IMG/VR virus record: IMGVR_UViG_3300010965_000005
Coordinates: 1 to 64,000 of that record
Length of the DNA stretch: 64,000 nucleotides
Source of the DNA: a virus
Lineage: Duplodnaviria; Caudoviricetes
Direction: 5' to 3' (one strand)
A model generated the notes under the pieces. The model saw only the letters and a list, made by a program, of their open reading frames with translations. It made no database searches and had not been told where the DNA came from. The position numbers and the translations under genes are program-made. This document shows positions 9,901-18,490 of this stretch, one piece after another. Each line of letters starts with the position of its first letter. Positions within the stretch are counted from its first letter, which is position 1.

Positions 9901-10682
9901 TGCGCTTGGGGGTCACCCTTGTATTTGAAGGTGTAAATAGGCATCCCGTCGTGGGACGTGCCGATTTCCTTGATGTCGTGCTTCAGGCGGCGATCCGACC
10001 AGAAGGACGCGGGTTGAACTGCGGTCGTGGTCGATCCAGACTGAGCGCCAGTCCCCAAGGCGATGTTTGCCAGCCAGCTTGCCACTTGGAACGGGTAGCC
10101 CTGCTCCTGCTGGAACTGGTTAATAAGCGCGTCCTTGCCAGCCTGCTCGGTCTGCTGCATCTGCGTCCCCATCGCAAGCTGATTGCCCGCGAGGCCCGCC
10201 ATGCGATTCAGGTCATTCATGTTTGCGTTGGTGGCCTGATCGAATCCTTGGCTGTAGATGTTCGCCATAGTGGAACCCATCGCCATATTCTGCTGGTTGG
10301 CGAGGTTTGCCGCAGCCACGCCAGCGCGGTCACCGCCGAAAGCGCCAGACTGTGCGGCGGTGCCGAGAGCGCCAGATTGTGCCTGCTCGTTGGCCTGCTC
10401 CATCTGCTTCCGCGTGGTGTCGGCCACATTTGTCAGATACGGATTTAGATAATTTTGAACGGTGTTGTAGCTTGGGCCAGACGATGCAATGGCGTTCAGG
10501 CCGGAGATACCCTTCTGCTGTTGCTCGTTCATCTGAGCGACAAAGTCGGAGGCGTCAGTTCCGTATTTCTGGAACGGGTTGTTGGAGATACCCTCGGCCT
10601 TGGTGTTGATCGCATTATACCGATCCATAACCTCCTTGGGGATGGTTACGGTATTCGTGCTAGTCGTTGTCTTGCCGCCCAT
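6936..10682 (-). CDS. ejection polyprotein: Gln-rich N-terminus, two S74-type autocleaving chaperone domains, SxRPxxRP repeats, SLT lytic transglycosylase
   Basis: SDRRLKHDIKEIG occurs at aa 229 and 471. SLT motifs: QESG, SPKGAAGIAQ, AAYNAGPG, ETKNY. Confidence 0.8.
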   Translation of the reverse strand: MGGKTTTSTNTVTIPKEVMDRYNAINTKAEGISNNPFQKYGTDASDFVAQMNEQQQKGISGLNAIASSGPSYNTVQNYLNPYLTNVADTTRKQMEQANEQAQSGALGTAAQSGAFGGDRAGVAAANLANQQNMAMGSTMANIYSQGFDQATNANMNDLNRMAGLAGNQLAMGTQMQQTEQAGKDALINQFQQEQGYPFQVASWLANIALGTGAQSGSTTTAVQPASFWSDRRLKHDIKEIGTSHDGMPIYTFKYKGDPQAQTHVGFMADEVEKKHPEAVGLDPSGYKTVNYDKATESMGGGVHPHHRGEAFASGGVAGPYGSPVGSQPGSAGYVPEGYLPVGDVMVADPNFLSQQQQGLADMLSAAAGAGKDLSQLSDTFGKNGKFYKIFDSKKAYGGGVDGGLIPAPIVAQGVAPQQHRGYLDSIIANQEASKKQPTPPQSAGGNGQQQSGLSDVASTLGSIATIASLFSDRRLKHDIKEIGKTHNGLPIYTFKYKGDDAQQTHVGFMADEVERKHPEAVGQSQGYKTVDYSQAHKFASGGVAGGRHGYQTDGAVDPGTETPVSPFAPKESIRPVVRPEPNQTPVATGVSPLAPTTSIRPAVRPQGLAAAEVPVAQTPVATDVSPLAPTTSIRPVVRPEGLGVATVEPASGDDAAREFFNTKMLNQESGNRQFDPKTGETIMSPKGAAGIAQVTKPTGPEAAALAGKEWDENRWLNDTEYNKAIGEAYFLHQYHKFGSLDKAAAAYNAGPGRLRRAMENAAIHGGSYMDYLPDETKNYIKATTGLGGDVVGGLDGGSRLSLSTMDGDQQPAGGVKPYEDRNWLGKVMHNPEDGSMNKDAMLSLFAGIGDMLSNPSPFLLPTIGAGMSGAANTYMARQGQLAKINETNIGNLDKLSDLYNKFMFTNPEYAGMTLEEFAQKNGLGYMLPSGGVYESPRGAEGKPITLQDTRGYVDSGDGIKIPFMNDYASLTRVSNEWKNAPEGSPQRRAAEQADVKIKEIEASGYTTGIDEKTGQTVNVPVASARARLGAALTDQQNVQNTQDFRTKAAQEIPTIGPQMAAVDRQANIYSTLEAGALAEPTAQISALARALGINYGDATSAEQAALVQEALKEKARGVISRGGSGESTDFAKSFIDTSSAGPSLQPDAIKKLLVIEKSSLMRQLDHDSLHQEWQAQAENPYDVNEYEKWFAENHPLDSYTKGVEEKMPVFAGETGSEQKPYPKGTPPSEIGVNRYFTLPDGSIGQRQE
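8765..9000 (-). repeat. three imperfect in-frame repeats (VSP[LF]APxxSIRPxVRP)
   Basis: PVSPFAPKESIRPVVRP, GVSPLAPTTSIRPAVRP and DVSPLAPTTSIRPVVRP; also similar at DNA level. Confidence 0.9.
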
Positions 10683-11179
10683 TAGGTTTCCCCTTCGATT
10701 TCTGGCGGAATGCCAGTCTTGGCGTTGTAAAGGAAGTATACTCCAGCGGGAGGTCCGAATGTTCTTTCGTATAGGCGAATTTTTGCCTTGGTCCGTTCAT
10801 TGGATAATACACCAATTGCGAGTGGCAATTCAAGGTTTTCCGCCATAACCTTAGCAAACTCCGCCAGTTTGCGCGCCCGACCACCCTTTGCGGCACGGAA
10901 TTCTGGGTCAACGTAGATTGCCTTTTCCTCAAGGACTGGCTCTGCGCTATACCAGACGGGGCCGATGTTCAGCAGGATCGCGCCCTCAAGCGGCCCACCG
11001 ACTTTGTTTCCTATGACACCAACAGCGCCACGTTGCATGGTTAGGGAGGCCCACACTTGGTTTGCCAGCATCGCCAGATCTGGGACGACGAAGGCATTTT
11101 CCTCTGTGGCGGCTACAGCCAGCCGCATCATTTCTTCAAAGTCTGCGGCGACACCGAGGCGAACTGTAATTTCATCCAT
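10682..11179 (-). CDS. GNAT-family acetyltransferase
   Basis: VRL...D..EM..L N-terminus and YVDPEFRAAKGG acyl-CoA-binding motif; lies just before the ejection genes, a usual position in podoviruses. Confidence 0.75.
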   Translation of the reverse strand: MDEITVRLGVAADFEEMMRLAVAATEENAFVVPDLAMLANQVWASLTMQRGAVGVIGNKVGGPLEGAILLNIGPVWYSAEPVLEEKAIYVDPEFRAAKGGRARKLAEFAKVMAENLELPLAIGVLSNERTKAKIRLYERTFGPPAGVYFLYNAKTGIPPEIEGET

Positions 11180-11182
11180 AAT

Positions 11183-11758
11183 TTAATCCTTTTTGGGGCC
11201 AGGAAGGCTCTGAAGGGTCTTGATCGTCTTCTGGCGCATTTTCTTTACGAAGGCATCGAGAATCTTGTGGCCATGATCAACGTCACCTTTGCCAATCTCC
11301 GCGACGTCTTCGGGTGGTATCACATATTCTCCGCCAGCCGCAACGATAGGCACAGACTCAACCTCACCGCCGTCAGCCCTGCGGGGCGCGGGAACCCCGT
11401 AGGGCAGGCCCTGCGCGCCGTATGGCATACCGCTCTGGCCGTATGGCCCCTTGTGCGAGAAGATGTTCTTGGCCACCTTGAAGCCCGCCATGCTGTTCCC
11501 CTCGCCCATCGCTGAAATGATGTCGGCGGGAATAACGTAGGAGCCGGAGGCGACGTGCATGGGCAGGTGATCGGTGCGGCCAGCCACAGAGGAGTGGATC
11601 GCCCCCTTGTGGACTCTCGTCCGCCCCCCGCGCGCACGGCCTTGGCGGGCCGTATTCAACGCCGCCGCGATGGCCTGATCTTGCGGGTGGCCCGCGTTGA
11701 CCATTTCGGAAATGTTGCTGGAGACAGTATCCTGCGACGATCCATGTTTCAGCGGCAT
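11183..11758 (-). CDS. conserved virion-module protein with duplicated GG...G(S/E)YVIP module
   Basis: RARGG...[12 protein letters not shown] and RADGG...[12 protein letters not shown]. Confidence 0.7.
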   Translation of the reverse strand: MPLKHGSSQDTVSSNISEMVNAGHPQDQAIAAALNTARQGRARGGRTRVHKGAIHSSVAGRTDHLPMHVASGSYVIPADIISAMGEGNSMAGFKVAKNIFSHKGPYGQSGMPYGAQGLPYGVPAPRRADGGEVESVPIVAAGGEYVIPPEDVAEIGKGDVDHGHKILDAFVKKMRQKTIKTLQSLPGPKKD

Positions 11759-11759
11759 A

Positions 11760-12110
11760 TTACGCTCCCTCAGAATATGTGACGACGACAGTCATGCCAG
11801 TGCCTGGAACGACGACGAGGCCATTGTTGTATGGCATGTTGATAACGGTCACGCCAATGGCGTTTGTTACGGCAGCCAAGGCGTTGGTGGCGCTTGCGGT
11901 GCTGTTGCTGTCGTAGATCACGCAGGCGGTGCTTCCCGCAATGACGACACTGACAGATGCGATACGCCCCTGACCGCTCGCCACGAGGGTGGATGATGTC
12001 ATTGTGACAGACCGAGCCGTTCCTTGAACTCTCAGGTAGGTAAGTCCAAGCTGGTTTACCGAGGTCACCACGTTCTTTGCGGCGGTAAGGATGTCTGATA
12101 AAGATGCCAT
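11760..12110 (-). CDS. hypothetical structural protein
   Basis: TGATG-coupled to the upstream tail gene; beta-rich composition. Confidence 0.7.
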   Translation of the reverse strand: MASLSDILTAAKNVVTSVNQLGLTYLRVQGTARSVTMTSSTLVASGQGRIASVSVVIAGSTACVIYDSNSTASATNALAAVTNAIGVTVINMPYNNGLVVVPGTGMTVVVTYSEGA

Positions 12111-14665
12111 CAGTATTTTCCATCTGGTTGGAGGCGGTATCGGATATTCCCCATCCGCCAGAACGTGCCGATCTGATCGCCCGTGACCCTGATTGAGATT
12201 AACCTTGCCCTGATACGCGGCGAGATATACTCGGTCTGCTGACTGATGTTGTATGGGCCGTAGACGATGGCTTCTTGGCCTGGGTAATCAACCGCGTAGA
12301 ACGTGATCTGCACCGTGGCATTGTTTGCTCCGCCGTAATAGCCCCACTTCATGTCTGGCCAGACCTGATCAATGAAGGACTTTGAGTCCCCCTCGTCAAG
12401 CGCGAAGTAACCAGTCTGAACGTAGGCGTCCATCGAAAAGCCGTTGGCGTCGGTTGATGTCTCGTGCTGATAGATATTCAGATCAGACGACGCGCCGATT
12501 GGTGGCCCGAAGACGCCCTGATCAATCCACGCGGTGCGCGTCAGCGTCCCGAAGTCCCACTGCTGCAACAGCGTGTTGTATTTTACGTATTTGGTGGGGA
12601 CGCCATTTGACCCTGTGGTTGGGTAATACCACGAAATTTCACCGAAGCGGCTGTTTGGCGCGCAGCGCACGTTGCCCCAGTAATCTGTGTCAATGTCTTG
12701 AAAGATCACGTCCCACACGGGGCATGGCAGTGGCTGGACACCGCCGCCCGCCAGCATGTAGAACTGGCTCTGCGACATCCAGTAGACGACGCCGCCCATC
12801 GTTCCCATCGCCTTCCGACCGACAAGGCCGCAGCCCGATCCAATTTCGTTGAACGAGTAGACCAGAGGCAGGTTGATATATTGCATTGACCACAGGTTGG
12901 TGTCAGTCCAAATCAGGCCCTGCTGCGGACCCTGCATCGCGCCAACAATCCTTGACCCCTTCGGGATACGGAATGATCCGGCCTGATTGCTGACAGTGGC
13001 CACCCAACTGGTAAGATTGCCAATGTCAGTCCAGCGCACCAGAAGGGGGTCTTGGATGCCATTGAACGTGGAGCCGTAGGCGATGATCTGACGCTCAGGC
13101 ATGGCAACGAAGCAGCCCTCATTGACGCTGGGGGCGTATGGGATGACATTGGCATGTCTTGAGCCGCCGAGTGGGTCATAATAGAATATGCCCGCCTTTG
13201 CGGGGTTTGCGATTAGGTATCCGCCCCAGTTGTCAAGCGACCAATCGTTTACCTCAAATGGCGCAATGTTGTTACCAGCGGTGTCGTAGACACCGGGTGG
13301 GAATCCCCAACTTACCATCGTAACGGTGCCGGACGTTTCTGTCGCCGCAGATGATTGGACGGGGAATGAAAACGTGCTTGTCGCTCCAGCGGTCGCCGCC
13401 GTTGAGGTGAACGTCCCGTTGTAATTTGTCGTGCCACTGATTGTGAACTGAGAGGTCGGGGCGATGAATATCTCTTGGTTGATCGTAACTGTCGCCACAA
13501 GCCCGACGGTGGAGATTGACGCAATGGAAAATTGACGACCCCCGCTTGATGTTACGCCAGTACCAAAACCGCCAAAGCCGTAAGTCCCGTCCCCGAAGCC
13601 CGTGGGGCTTGGGGTGTTCTGCTTTCCAATGTAATATTCAATCCGCGCCTTTCCGCCATTCATTGACACTGTGGCGGCTGAAGACGCGGAGTATGTGGAC
13701 GAAATTACAAAGGTGTTTGTGGTCGGGGCTGGACTTTCTAGGACCAAATAGTTGCCATATAGCGTAATTCCGCCCACCGTCGTTGGCACAAGGATAGGGA
13801 ATGTAGAGCCTGCGGAGTAGCCGTGATTTGGAAAGGTCACAGTAACATTGCTCTGGTCGCTCCCCGTGGTGAAGGATGGGACGACGCCACCAGTGGCCGA
13901 CGTTGATACAAAAGTTCCAGCCACCGTCAGGGGGCCAAGGTTGGTCGCGCCAGTTGAGAATGTAAACGTCCCCGCAGAGGACGTCAAAACCGTCCATGTG
14001 GCATTATACCCCGCTGGGGTGACGCCAGAAAACGTGACCGTAGACCCTACTGTCACCACTAGGTTGGATGTTGAGCATGTGGCCGTAGCAATAAAATTTG
14101 GGGTCGTCCCAGATACCGTGATTGCTGTAACGGAAAAGACGTTGGTTGCTGGCGTCTGAAGACCAATGATGTTTCGCGCGACAACCTGATAGCTGTCATC
14201 GGTCACAGCGATTGGCGGGTAATACCCAAACAGGACAATGCCGCCAACACTGATTGGTGTCAGGATATTTACGCCATCAAAAGACGACACGTTTGAGTTT
14301 GTGTCGTTGATCAGGACCGTGGCGGAGTTGTTGTTGGTGAGGGCGGAAACGGCCAAGTTGTACGTGTAATAGTCTGGAGAAATATCAACGGAATCGGTGT
14401 TTCCCTCGGCGTACAGGAGGGCCTGCTCGGTGCCAATTGCAAGATAGGACGTGCCATTGGTGTCCGCCCAAGAGTGAAGGGCGCGGATTATGGCCGTCTG
14501 AGTTGAGGCAAACTTCGTCCACCCGCCCAGCTTTTGAGCCAGACCAAGGCCCTGCCGATCTGGAACAAACCTGATCAGATTGCTGTTGGAAATAGCCGCC
14601 TCGTTAAGGGCTGGCGTTCTGTTCTGATCAACGCCTGGGATCAGTTTAAGGCTGGCGTGTGGCAT
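12110..14665 (-). CDS. tail tubular/nozzle protein (P22 gp10 / T7 gp12-like)
   Basis: 851 aa beta-propeller-like (WSLDNWG, LLVRWTD, YWMSQSQFY, DFGTLTRTAW, GTFWRMGNIRY); position in the tail module. Confidence 0.75.
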   Translation of the reverse strand: MPHASLKLIPGVDQNRTPALNEAAISNSNLIRFVPDRQGLGLAQKLGGWTKFASTQTAIIRALHSWADTNGTSYLAIGTEQALLYAEGNTDSVDISPDYYTYNLAVSALTNNNSATVLINDTNSNVSSFDGVNILTPISVGGIVLFGYYPPIAVTDDSYQVVARNIIGLQTPATNVFSVTAITVSGTTPNFIATATCSTSNLVVTVGSTVTFSGVTPAGYNATWTVLTSSAGTFTFSTGATNLGPLTVAGTFVSTSATGGVVPSFTTGSDQSNVTVTFPNHGYSAGSTFPILVPTTVGGITLYGNYLVLESPAPTTNTFVISSTYSASSAATVSMNGGKARIEYYIGKQNTPSPTGFGDGTYGFGGFGTGVTSSGGRQFSIASISTVGLVATVTINQEIFIAPTSQFTISGTTNYNGTFTSTAATAGATSTFSFPVQSSAATETSGTVTMVSWGFPPGVYDTAGNNIAPFEVNDWSLDNWGGYLIANPAKAGIFYYDPLGGSRHANVIPYAPSVNEGCFVAMPERQIIAYGSTFNGIQDPLLVRWTDIGNLTSWVATVSNQAGSFRIPKGSRIVGAMQGPQQGLIWTDTNLWSMQYINLPLVYSFNEIGSGCGLVGRKAMGTMGGVVYWMSQSQFYMLAGGGVQPLPCPVWDVIFQDIDTDYWGNVRCAPNSRFGEISWYYPTTGSNGVPTKYVKYNTLLQQWDFGTLTRTAWIDQGVFGPPIGASSDLNIYQHETSTDANGFSMDAYVQTGYFALDEGDSKSFIDQVWPDMKWGYYGGANNATVQITFYAVDYPGQEAIVYGPYNISQQTEYISPRIRARLISIRVTGDQIGTFWRMGNIRYRLQPDGKY

Positions 14666-14668
14666 GTA

Positions 14669-15637
14669 TTACCCTCGCGTCGGTGATGCGACTTGGGCGG
14701 GTGATTGAGACGACCACGCCGCAGCCTCGAATTTCTTGCGGGCCTCCTCAACCGTCGCGGACTTGAGAAGTGCCTGATATTGACCCTCGTAGCTTTGAGC
14801 CATCTGGGGGTCATCGGACTGACGTCCGAAGTTCCGCTGATAGGCCGAAATGTAAATCATTGACGCCATGATCAGAAGGTCTGGAAGATACTGGCTGATG
14901 AAAGATACGCCATTACCATTTCCAGCCGACCCGATGACGGTGGCACCCGTAGGGGATGCCACGGAGTTGGGCAGTGTTATCGTGATCGCTGAATCACCAG
15001 ATACGGTCGCGGTGAATGTCCCATTCCACGTAGATGGCGTAAACCCCGTCAGGGTCACCTGCGCCCCGTTGGCGATGCCGTGCGGTGACGTGAAGACAAT
15101 GGAACCACTCGTGAGGGTCTGAATTGCCGAGGTAATCTGCGGCGTGAACCCCAATATTGCGGGCCTGACGGTCCCGACGACCTCAACGTAATAGTCAACA
15201 TCTGGAACGGGGCCAACCAAGAACAGCGTGTCGTTGAACGGAACGAAGTATTTCGGCTGCGCCCTGTTTGCGGAAAGAGAGGAGCCGAAGACGGCGTCAA
15301 GATATTCCTTTGTCGCGGGCAGCAACGGAATGCGTTCATTTAAATCTGGATCAGTCTGCCCCGCTGGGGAGATCAAGTTGATCTGCTCGCTGACAACAAA
15401 ATACGACCCATCAGACAGATTTTGACTGAATGACAGCCTCCTGTCGCCAGCCGTCAACTTGTAGCTTGGGCCAGTCAGGGAAGCTGACGTGTCCATCAGG
15501 TCCAAGTCACGGTTGATGCGCAAGGTGGCGTAATCAATCATCATCTGGAGGATTGACAGGAAGTTTGTATCATTTGGTGATACAACCGCCATTTCCGCGA
15601 CTTGGTTCTTGTATGTCTCGTATGTCAGTCCGACCAT
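14669..15637 (-). CDS. tail adaptor/tubular protein with inserted beta-module
   Basis: TY..YK..V, A.LRINRDL, RAQPKYF and YLPDLLIMASM pattern; adjacent to the nozzle gene. Confidence 0.6.
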   Translation of the reverse strand: MVGLTYETYKNQVAEMAVVSPNDTNFLSILQMMIDYATLRINRDLDLMDTSASLTGPSYKLTAGDRRLSFSQNLSDGSYFVVSEQINLISPAGQTDPDLNERIPLLPATKEYLDAVFGSSLSANRAQPKYFVPFNDTLFLVGPVPDVDYYVEVVGTVRPAILGFTPQITSAIQTLTSGSIVFTSPHGIANGAQVTLTGFTPSTWNGTFTATVSGDSAITITLPNSVASPTGATVIGSAGNGNGVSFISQYLPDLLIMASMIYISAYQRNFGRQSDDPQMAQSYEGQYQALLKSATVEEARKKFEAAAWSSQSPAQVASPTRG

Positions 15638-15661
15638 GATGCCACCTTACGTTTCAGGGCC

Positions 15662-15690
15662 ACTATAGACCAAATATTCGTTTCAACCAA
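15662..15690 (-). promoter_or_regulatory. possible sigma70-type promoter for the tail/ejection genes
   Basis: TTGGTT-N17-TATAGT on the - strand upstream of 15637. Confidence 0.3.
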
Positions 15691-15952
15691 TAGACGTCGC
15701 AATGTCCCCGCCACACGCGAAGTATCCCGCGCCATCCACCCAATTGTCGGCGTGTCCCTCGTTTTCCTTGATGCGGGCTGTCTTCAGAAGCGCCATCATC
15801 ACGGCCACGTCGGTCGCTGTCACGTATACGTCCAGATGGATAGACCAATAGGCCGCGATGGTTTCAAAGTTCCGCTCCATGTCGCCATGCGTGGCAGCCC
15901 TATCTCTGGTGACATATGCCTTGGCGGTGTCGAGAATTTCAGAGCGGTTCAT
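15683..15952 (-). CDS. DUF6378-like phage protein
   Basis: R.EILD.A...V..DR...HG....NF..IA..W...L......DVA.MM.LLK.AR......DNWVD.AGY.A. Confidence 0.75.
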   Translation of the reverse strand: MNRSEILDTAKAYVTRDRAATHGDMERNFETIAAYWSIHLDVYVTATDVAVMMALLKTARIKENEGHADNWVDGAGYFACGGDIATSIG

Positions 15953-15965
15953 ATGTCTTTCCCTA

Positions 15966-16163
15966 CTATTTACAGGCTTTGTCAAGCATCATAATCAGTT
16001 TTGCGCCAGTTACAATGGAGGCGTCCCCGCCGTCCTCGGCCAGAGCCGCCGCGTGTTTTGTTCGCGCAGCGTAGGTTCCGTCGCAGATTGCGGGCTTACT
16101 TGCCACGCTCACGCAGCCAGTCACGAAGGACAGCAGGATCGCTGCTGATATTGTTTTCAACAT
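15966..16163 (-). CDS. o-spanin (Rz1-like lipoprotein)
   Basis: Signal peptide with lipobox VTGC; overlaps the i-spanin in another frame. Confidence 0.7.
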   Translation of the reverse strand: MLKTISAAILLSFVTGCVSVASKPAICDGTYAARTKHAAALAEDGGDASIVTGAKLIMMLDKACK

Positions 16164-16314
16164 CGTCAATTTCCTTTCGGGTTTTTGCATAGCCTTCCGC
16201 CGCCTTCAGGGCGGTCTGCTGTCGCTGATCGCGCTTCCCAGCCATCCACGCCGCAAAGATTACCGCGATAGCGCCAGCGGCCCACAGGGCGGCGCGCTTG
16301 AGCCATCCAAACAT
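16096..16314 (-). CDS. i-spanin (Rz-like)
   Basis: N-terminal TM helix plus helical tail; TGATG-coupled to the endolysin. Confidence 0.7.
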   Translation of the reverse strand: MFGWLKRAALWAAGAIAVIFAAWMAGKRDQRQQTALKAAEGYAKTRKEIDDVENNISSDPAVLRDWLRERGK

Positions 16315-17015
16315 CAACGATCCCCCTCTGCCCACTTGCGCAGGCGCTCACGCATGATCCACAGCGCGGCCAGCACCACCACGCCACAGAAAGCCATAGC
16401 CACGATCTGGGCAGTCCCGCTGAGAGCGGAAACGGCGGAAATGCCAGCGCCAGCCGCAGACGCGATCTGAATAGCGCCAGCCTGCATGGTGCTGGACTCT
16501 GCGGGCGTGTCGCGCGGCATGTCTGGGGCGGCAACCGTTTCGCGGGTTTCGGTGCGCGTGGCAACGGCCAGAGACTCGGTCAAGAATAAATCACGCTCGG
16601 CAATGCGACGGCGCGTAAGGCCAGCCAGAACCTTACCGCTGGCCTTGTTCCACATCAGGATGGCATCTGCCGCTTTTGCGTGATCGCCAGCGTTAAAATA
16701 ACGCAGCGCCGACGACTTCTTGAACGCGCCAAGGCCGATGTTGTAGGCCAGAGAAACAAACGCCCCAAACTCGTTCTGGGTGGCGGCGCGCGTCATCATC
16801 TTCACCACTTCAGTGGCAAAGTTCTCAATGGTGATATTGAAGTAGTGGTCGGCCTGCGCTTGGGTGATCTTCATCCCCTCGTGAGGCACAACGCCAACGC
16901 CAGCGGCGGCGGTCGTGCCGTAGCCGATGGTCCAGATGCCTGCGGGGCATTTGTACGCCTTTAGGCTGCAACCCTCAAAGGATTTAATCAGCGCGATAGA
17001 TGCCTTGTTGATCAT
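16314..17015 (-). CDS. GH24 lysozyme endolysin with hydrophobic C-terminal extension
   Basis: IKSFEG...YKCPAGIWTIGYG (E-x8-C-x5-T) and ILMWNKA.GKVLAGLTRRR; C-terminal TM-like helices. Confidence 0.9.
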   Translation of the reverse strand: MINKASIALIKSFEGCSLKAYKCPAGIWTIGYGTTAAAGVGVVPHEGMKITQAQADHYFNITIENFATEVVKMMTRAATQNEFGAFVSLAYNIGLGAFKKSSALRYFNAGDHAKAADAILMWNKASGKVLAGLTRRRIAERDLFLTESLAVATRTETRETVAAPDMPRDTPAESSTMQAGAIQIASAAGAGISAVSALSGTAQIVAMAFCGVVVLAALWIMRERLRKWAEGDR

Positions 17016-17236
17016 TTGCGTAACGCCTCCTCGATATTGGATAGTTTGTCAAACACGGTCTGGAACGATGCCTGTATCTGCTTGAATTCACGGTCGTGGG
17101 CTTCTTTGTTGGCGGATGCGGTGGCCTTCAAGACAGCAATGTCGGTGTCATGCGACTGCTGCTTGTTGTAAATCAGAAACACAAAGCCAATGACTGGAGC
17201 CACTGCCCACTTCATAAGAAACTCCAGAACGTCCAT
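17012..17236 (-). CDS. putative holin / single-TM membrane protein
   Basis: MDVLEFLMKWAVAPVIGFVFLIY TM segment directly upstream of the endolysin. Start refined to 17236. Confidence 0.5.
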   Translation of the reverse strand: MDVLEFLMKWAVAPVIGFVFLIYNKQQSHDTDIAVLKATASANKEAHDREFKQIQASFQTVFDKLSNIEEALRK

Positions 17237-17252
17237 TTTACACCTCGTTTTA

Positions 17253-18113
17253 CTACAGAAGATAGCGGATGATGATGATGCCGGAGCCGCCAGCGGTTCC
17301 AGTGCCACCGCCAGTATTATTGCCGCCACCACCGCCGCCTGTGTTTGCGACTCCAGCTATACCCAAGCCGCCACCGCCACCAGAACCACCAGCTTTCGGC
17401 GTTCCATTCACGACTATGCCGCCGCCACCACCACCTGCAATGTAGTAGGTTCCAGATACGTTTACGCCATACCCAGCCATTTGAAGAAGAGCGCTGTATG
17501 CGCTGGTCCCAACGCCAGCGTTTCCCGCCGTAAGGAGTACGCCAGCGGCACCTGCGCCGCCCGCACCGCCGCCGCCGCCGCCAGTTCCGCTTGCTCCGCC
17601 ATCGTTAGTTCCAGCGCCACCAGCATTTCCCTGACCCGCCGTACCAGTTCCTGCGGTAAACGCGGGGGCTGTCTGTCCAGCGCCACCGCCACCAGAACCG
17701 CCGTTGCCGCCAGCGATTATTGGGGAAAGCCTTGACGCCCCGCCACCGCCCCCGACCGCATTTGACAGTCCCGTCATTGACGATAGGGTTCCATTGACTG
17801 GAGTGCTAGTTGTCGCTCCAGCGCCTCCGCCCCCGACAGACAAGCTGTACGAGGTAAACCCAGACGCCACACTCAAGGCGGCATTGTAGACAACACCGCC
17901 CGCGCCGCCACCGCCGCCACCATTTGCGCCGCCGCCGCCGCCACCCCCGACCATCAGCACTTCGATGGTCTTCGTGCCTTGGGCCAAGTTGGTCGTAAAC
18001 GTGTCAGCCCCAACAGTAGTGAAGACGTGAATGCGATACCCACTGGTGTCAGTGACTGTCCCGCCAGTGGCGTAAAATGGTGTGTTTGATAGCAACCCTA
18101 CAGAACTTGGCAT
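17253..18113 (-). CDS. glycine-rich tail-associated protein
   Basis: YRIHVFT...F..., EVLMVGGGGGG, many GGGGG turns, GGSGIIIIRY terminus. Confidence 0.8.
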   Translation of the reverse strand: MPSSVGLLSNTPFYATGGTVTDTSGYRIHVFTTVGADTFTTNLAQGTKTIEVLMVGGGGGGGANGGGGGGAGGVVYNAALSVASGFTSYSLSVGGGGAGATTSTPVNGTLSSMTGLSNAVGGGGGASRLSPIIAGGNGGSGGGGAGQTAPAFTAGTGTAGQGNAGGAGTNDGGASGTGGGGGGAGGAGAAGVLLTAGNAGVGTSAYSALLQMAGYGVNVSGTYYIAGGGGGGIVVNGTPKAGGSGGGGGLGIAGVANTGGGGGGNNTGGGTGTAGGSGIIIIRYLL

Positions 18114-18490
18114 TAGGTCAATCCCGCCCCAGACACGACAAACTCATTCGATGCCACGCAGATAATAGTGCAGATGCCGCGCAGGGCCAGAGTGCGGTTC
18201 CCCGTGGTGGCCGATCCAGCCAGACGCAGCGTCACGCCAGAGCCTTGGGTGATGGTCTGCGACGAAGCACTGTTGTTGTAGATGGTGATGTTGTTGCCTG
18301 CGGAGAAAATTCCAGAGTTTACCGTCACACCTCCCGTGGTGATGTTGATTATATCTCCGTTATCCGCCAACGCCAAGATGTACGCAGACGTCTTGACGTT
18401 GTTTATAAGGTTACGGACATCGCCGGAGGCATCAGCAACAGTACCTGTATTTGCGTTGATACCTGAAGTTCCGTCAAGTACGATTGACAT
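18113..18490 (-). CDS. tail fibre-associated protein
   Basis: ITQGSGVTL...TGNRTLALRG.CT..C..SNEFV motif. Confidence 0.7.
   Translation of the reverse strand: MSIVLDGTSGINANTGTVADASGDVRNLINNVKTSAYILALADNGDIINITTGGVTVNSGIFSAGNNITIYNNSASSQTITQGSGVTLRLAGSATTGNRTLALRGICTIICVASNEFVVSGAGLT

Noticed and set aside
9333-10448. Long + strand ORFs opposite real genes (also 20406-21158, 28707-29489, 33719-34480)
   Set aside because: Antisense shadows of GC-rich coding strands; no motifs or SD.
17253-18113. GCC/GGC-rich repeats as a tandem array or CRISPR
   Set aside because: They simply encode poly-Gly turns; there is no repeat-spacer periodicity.
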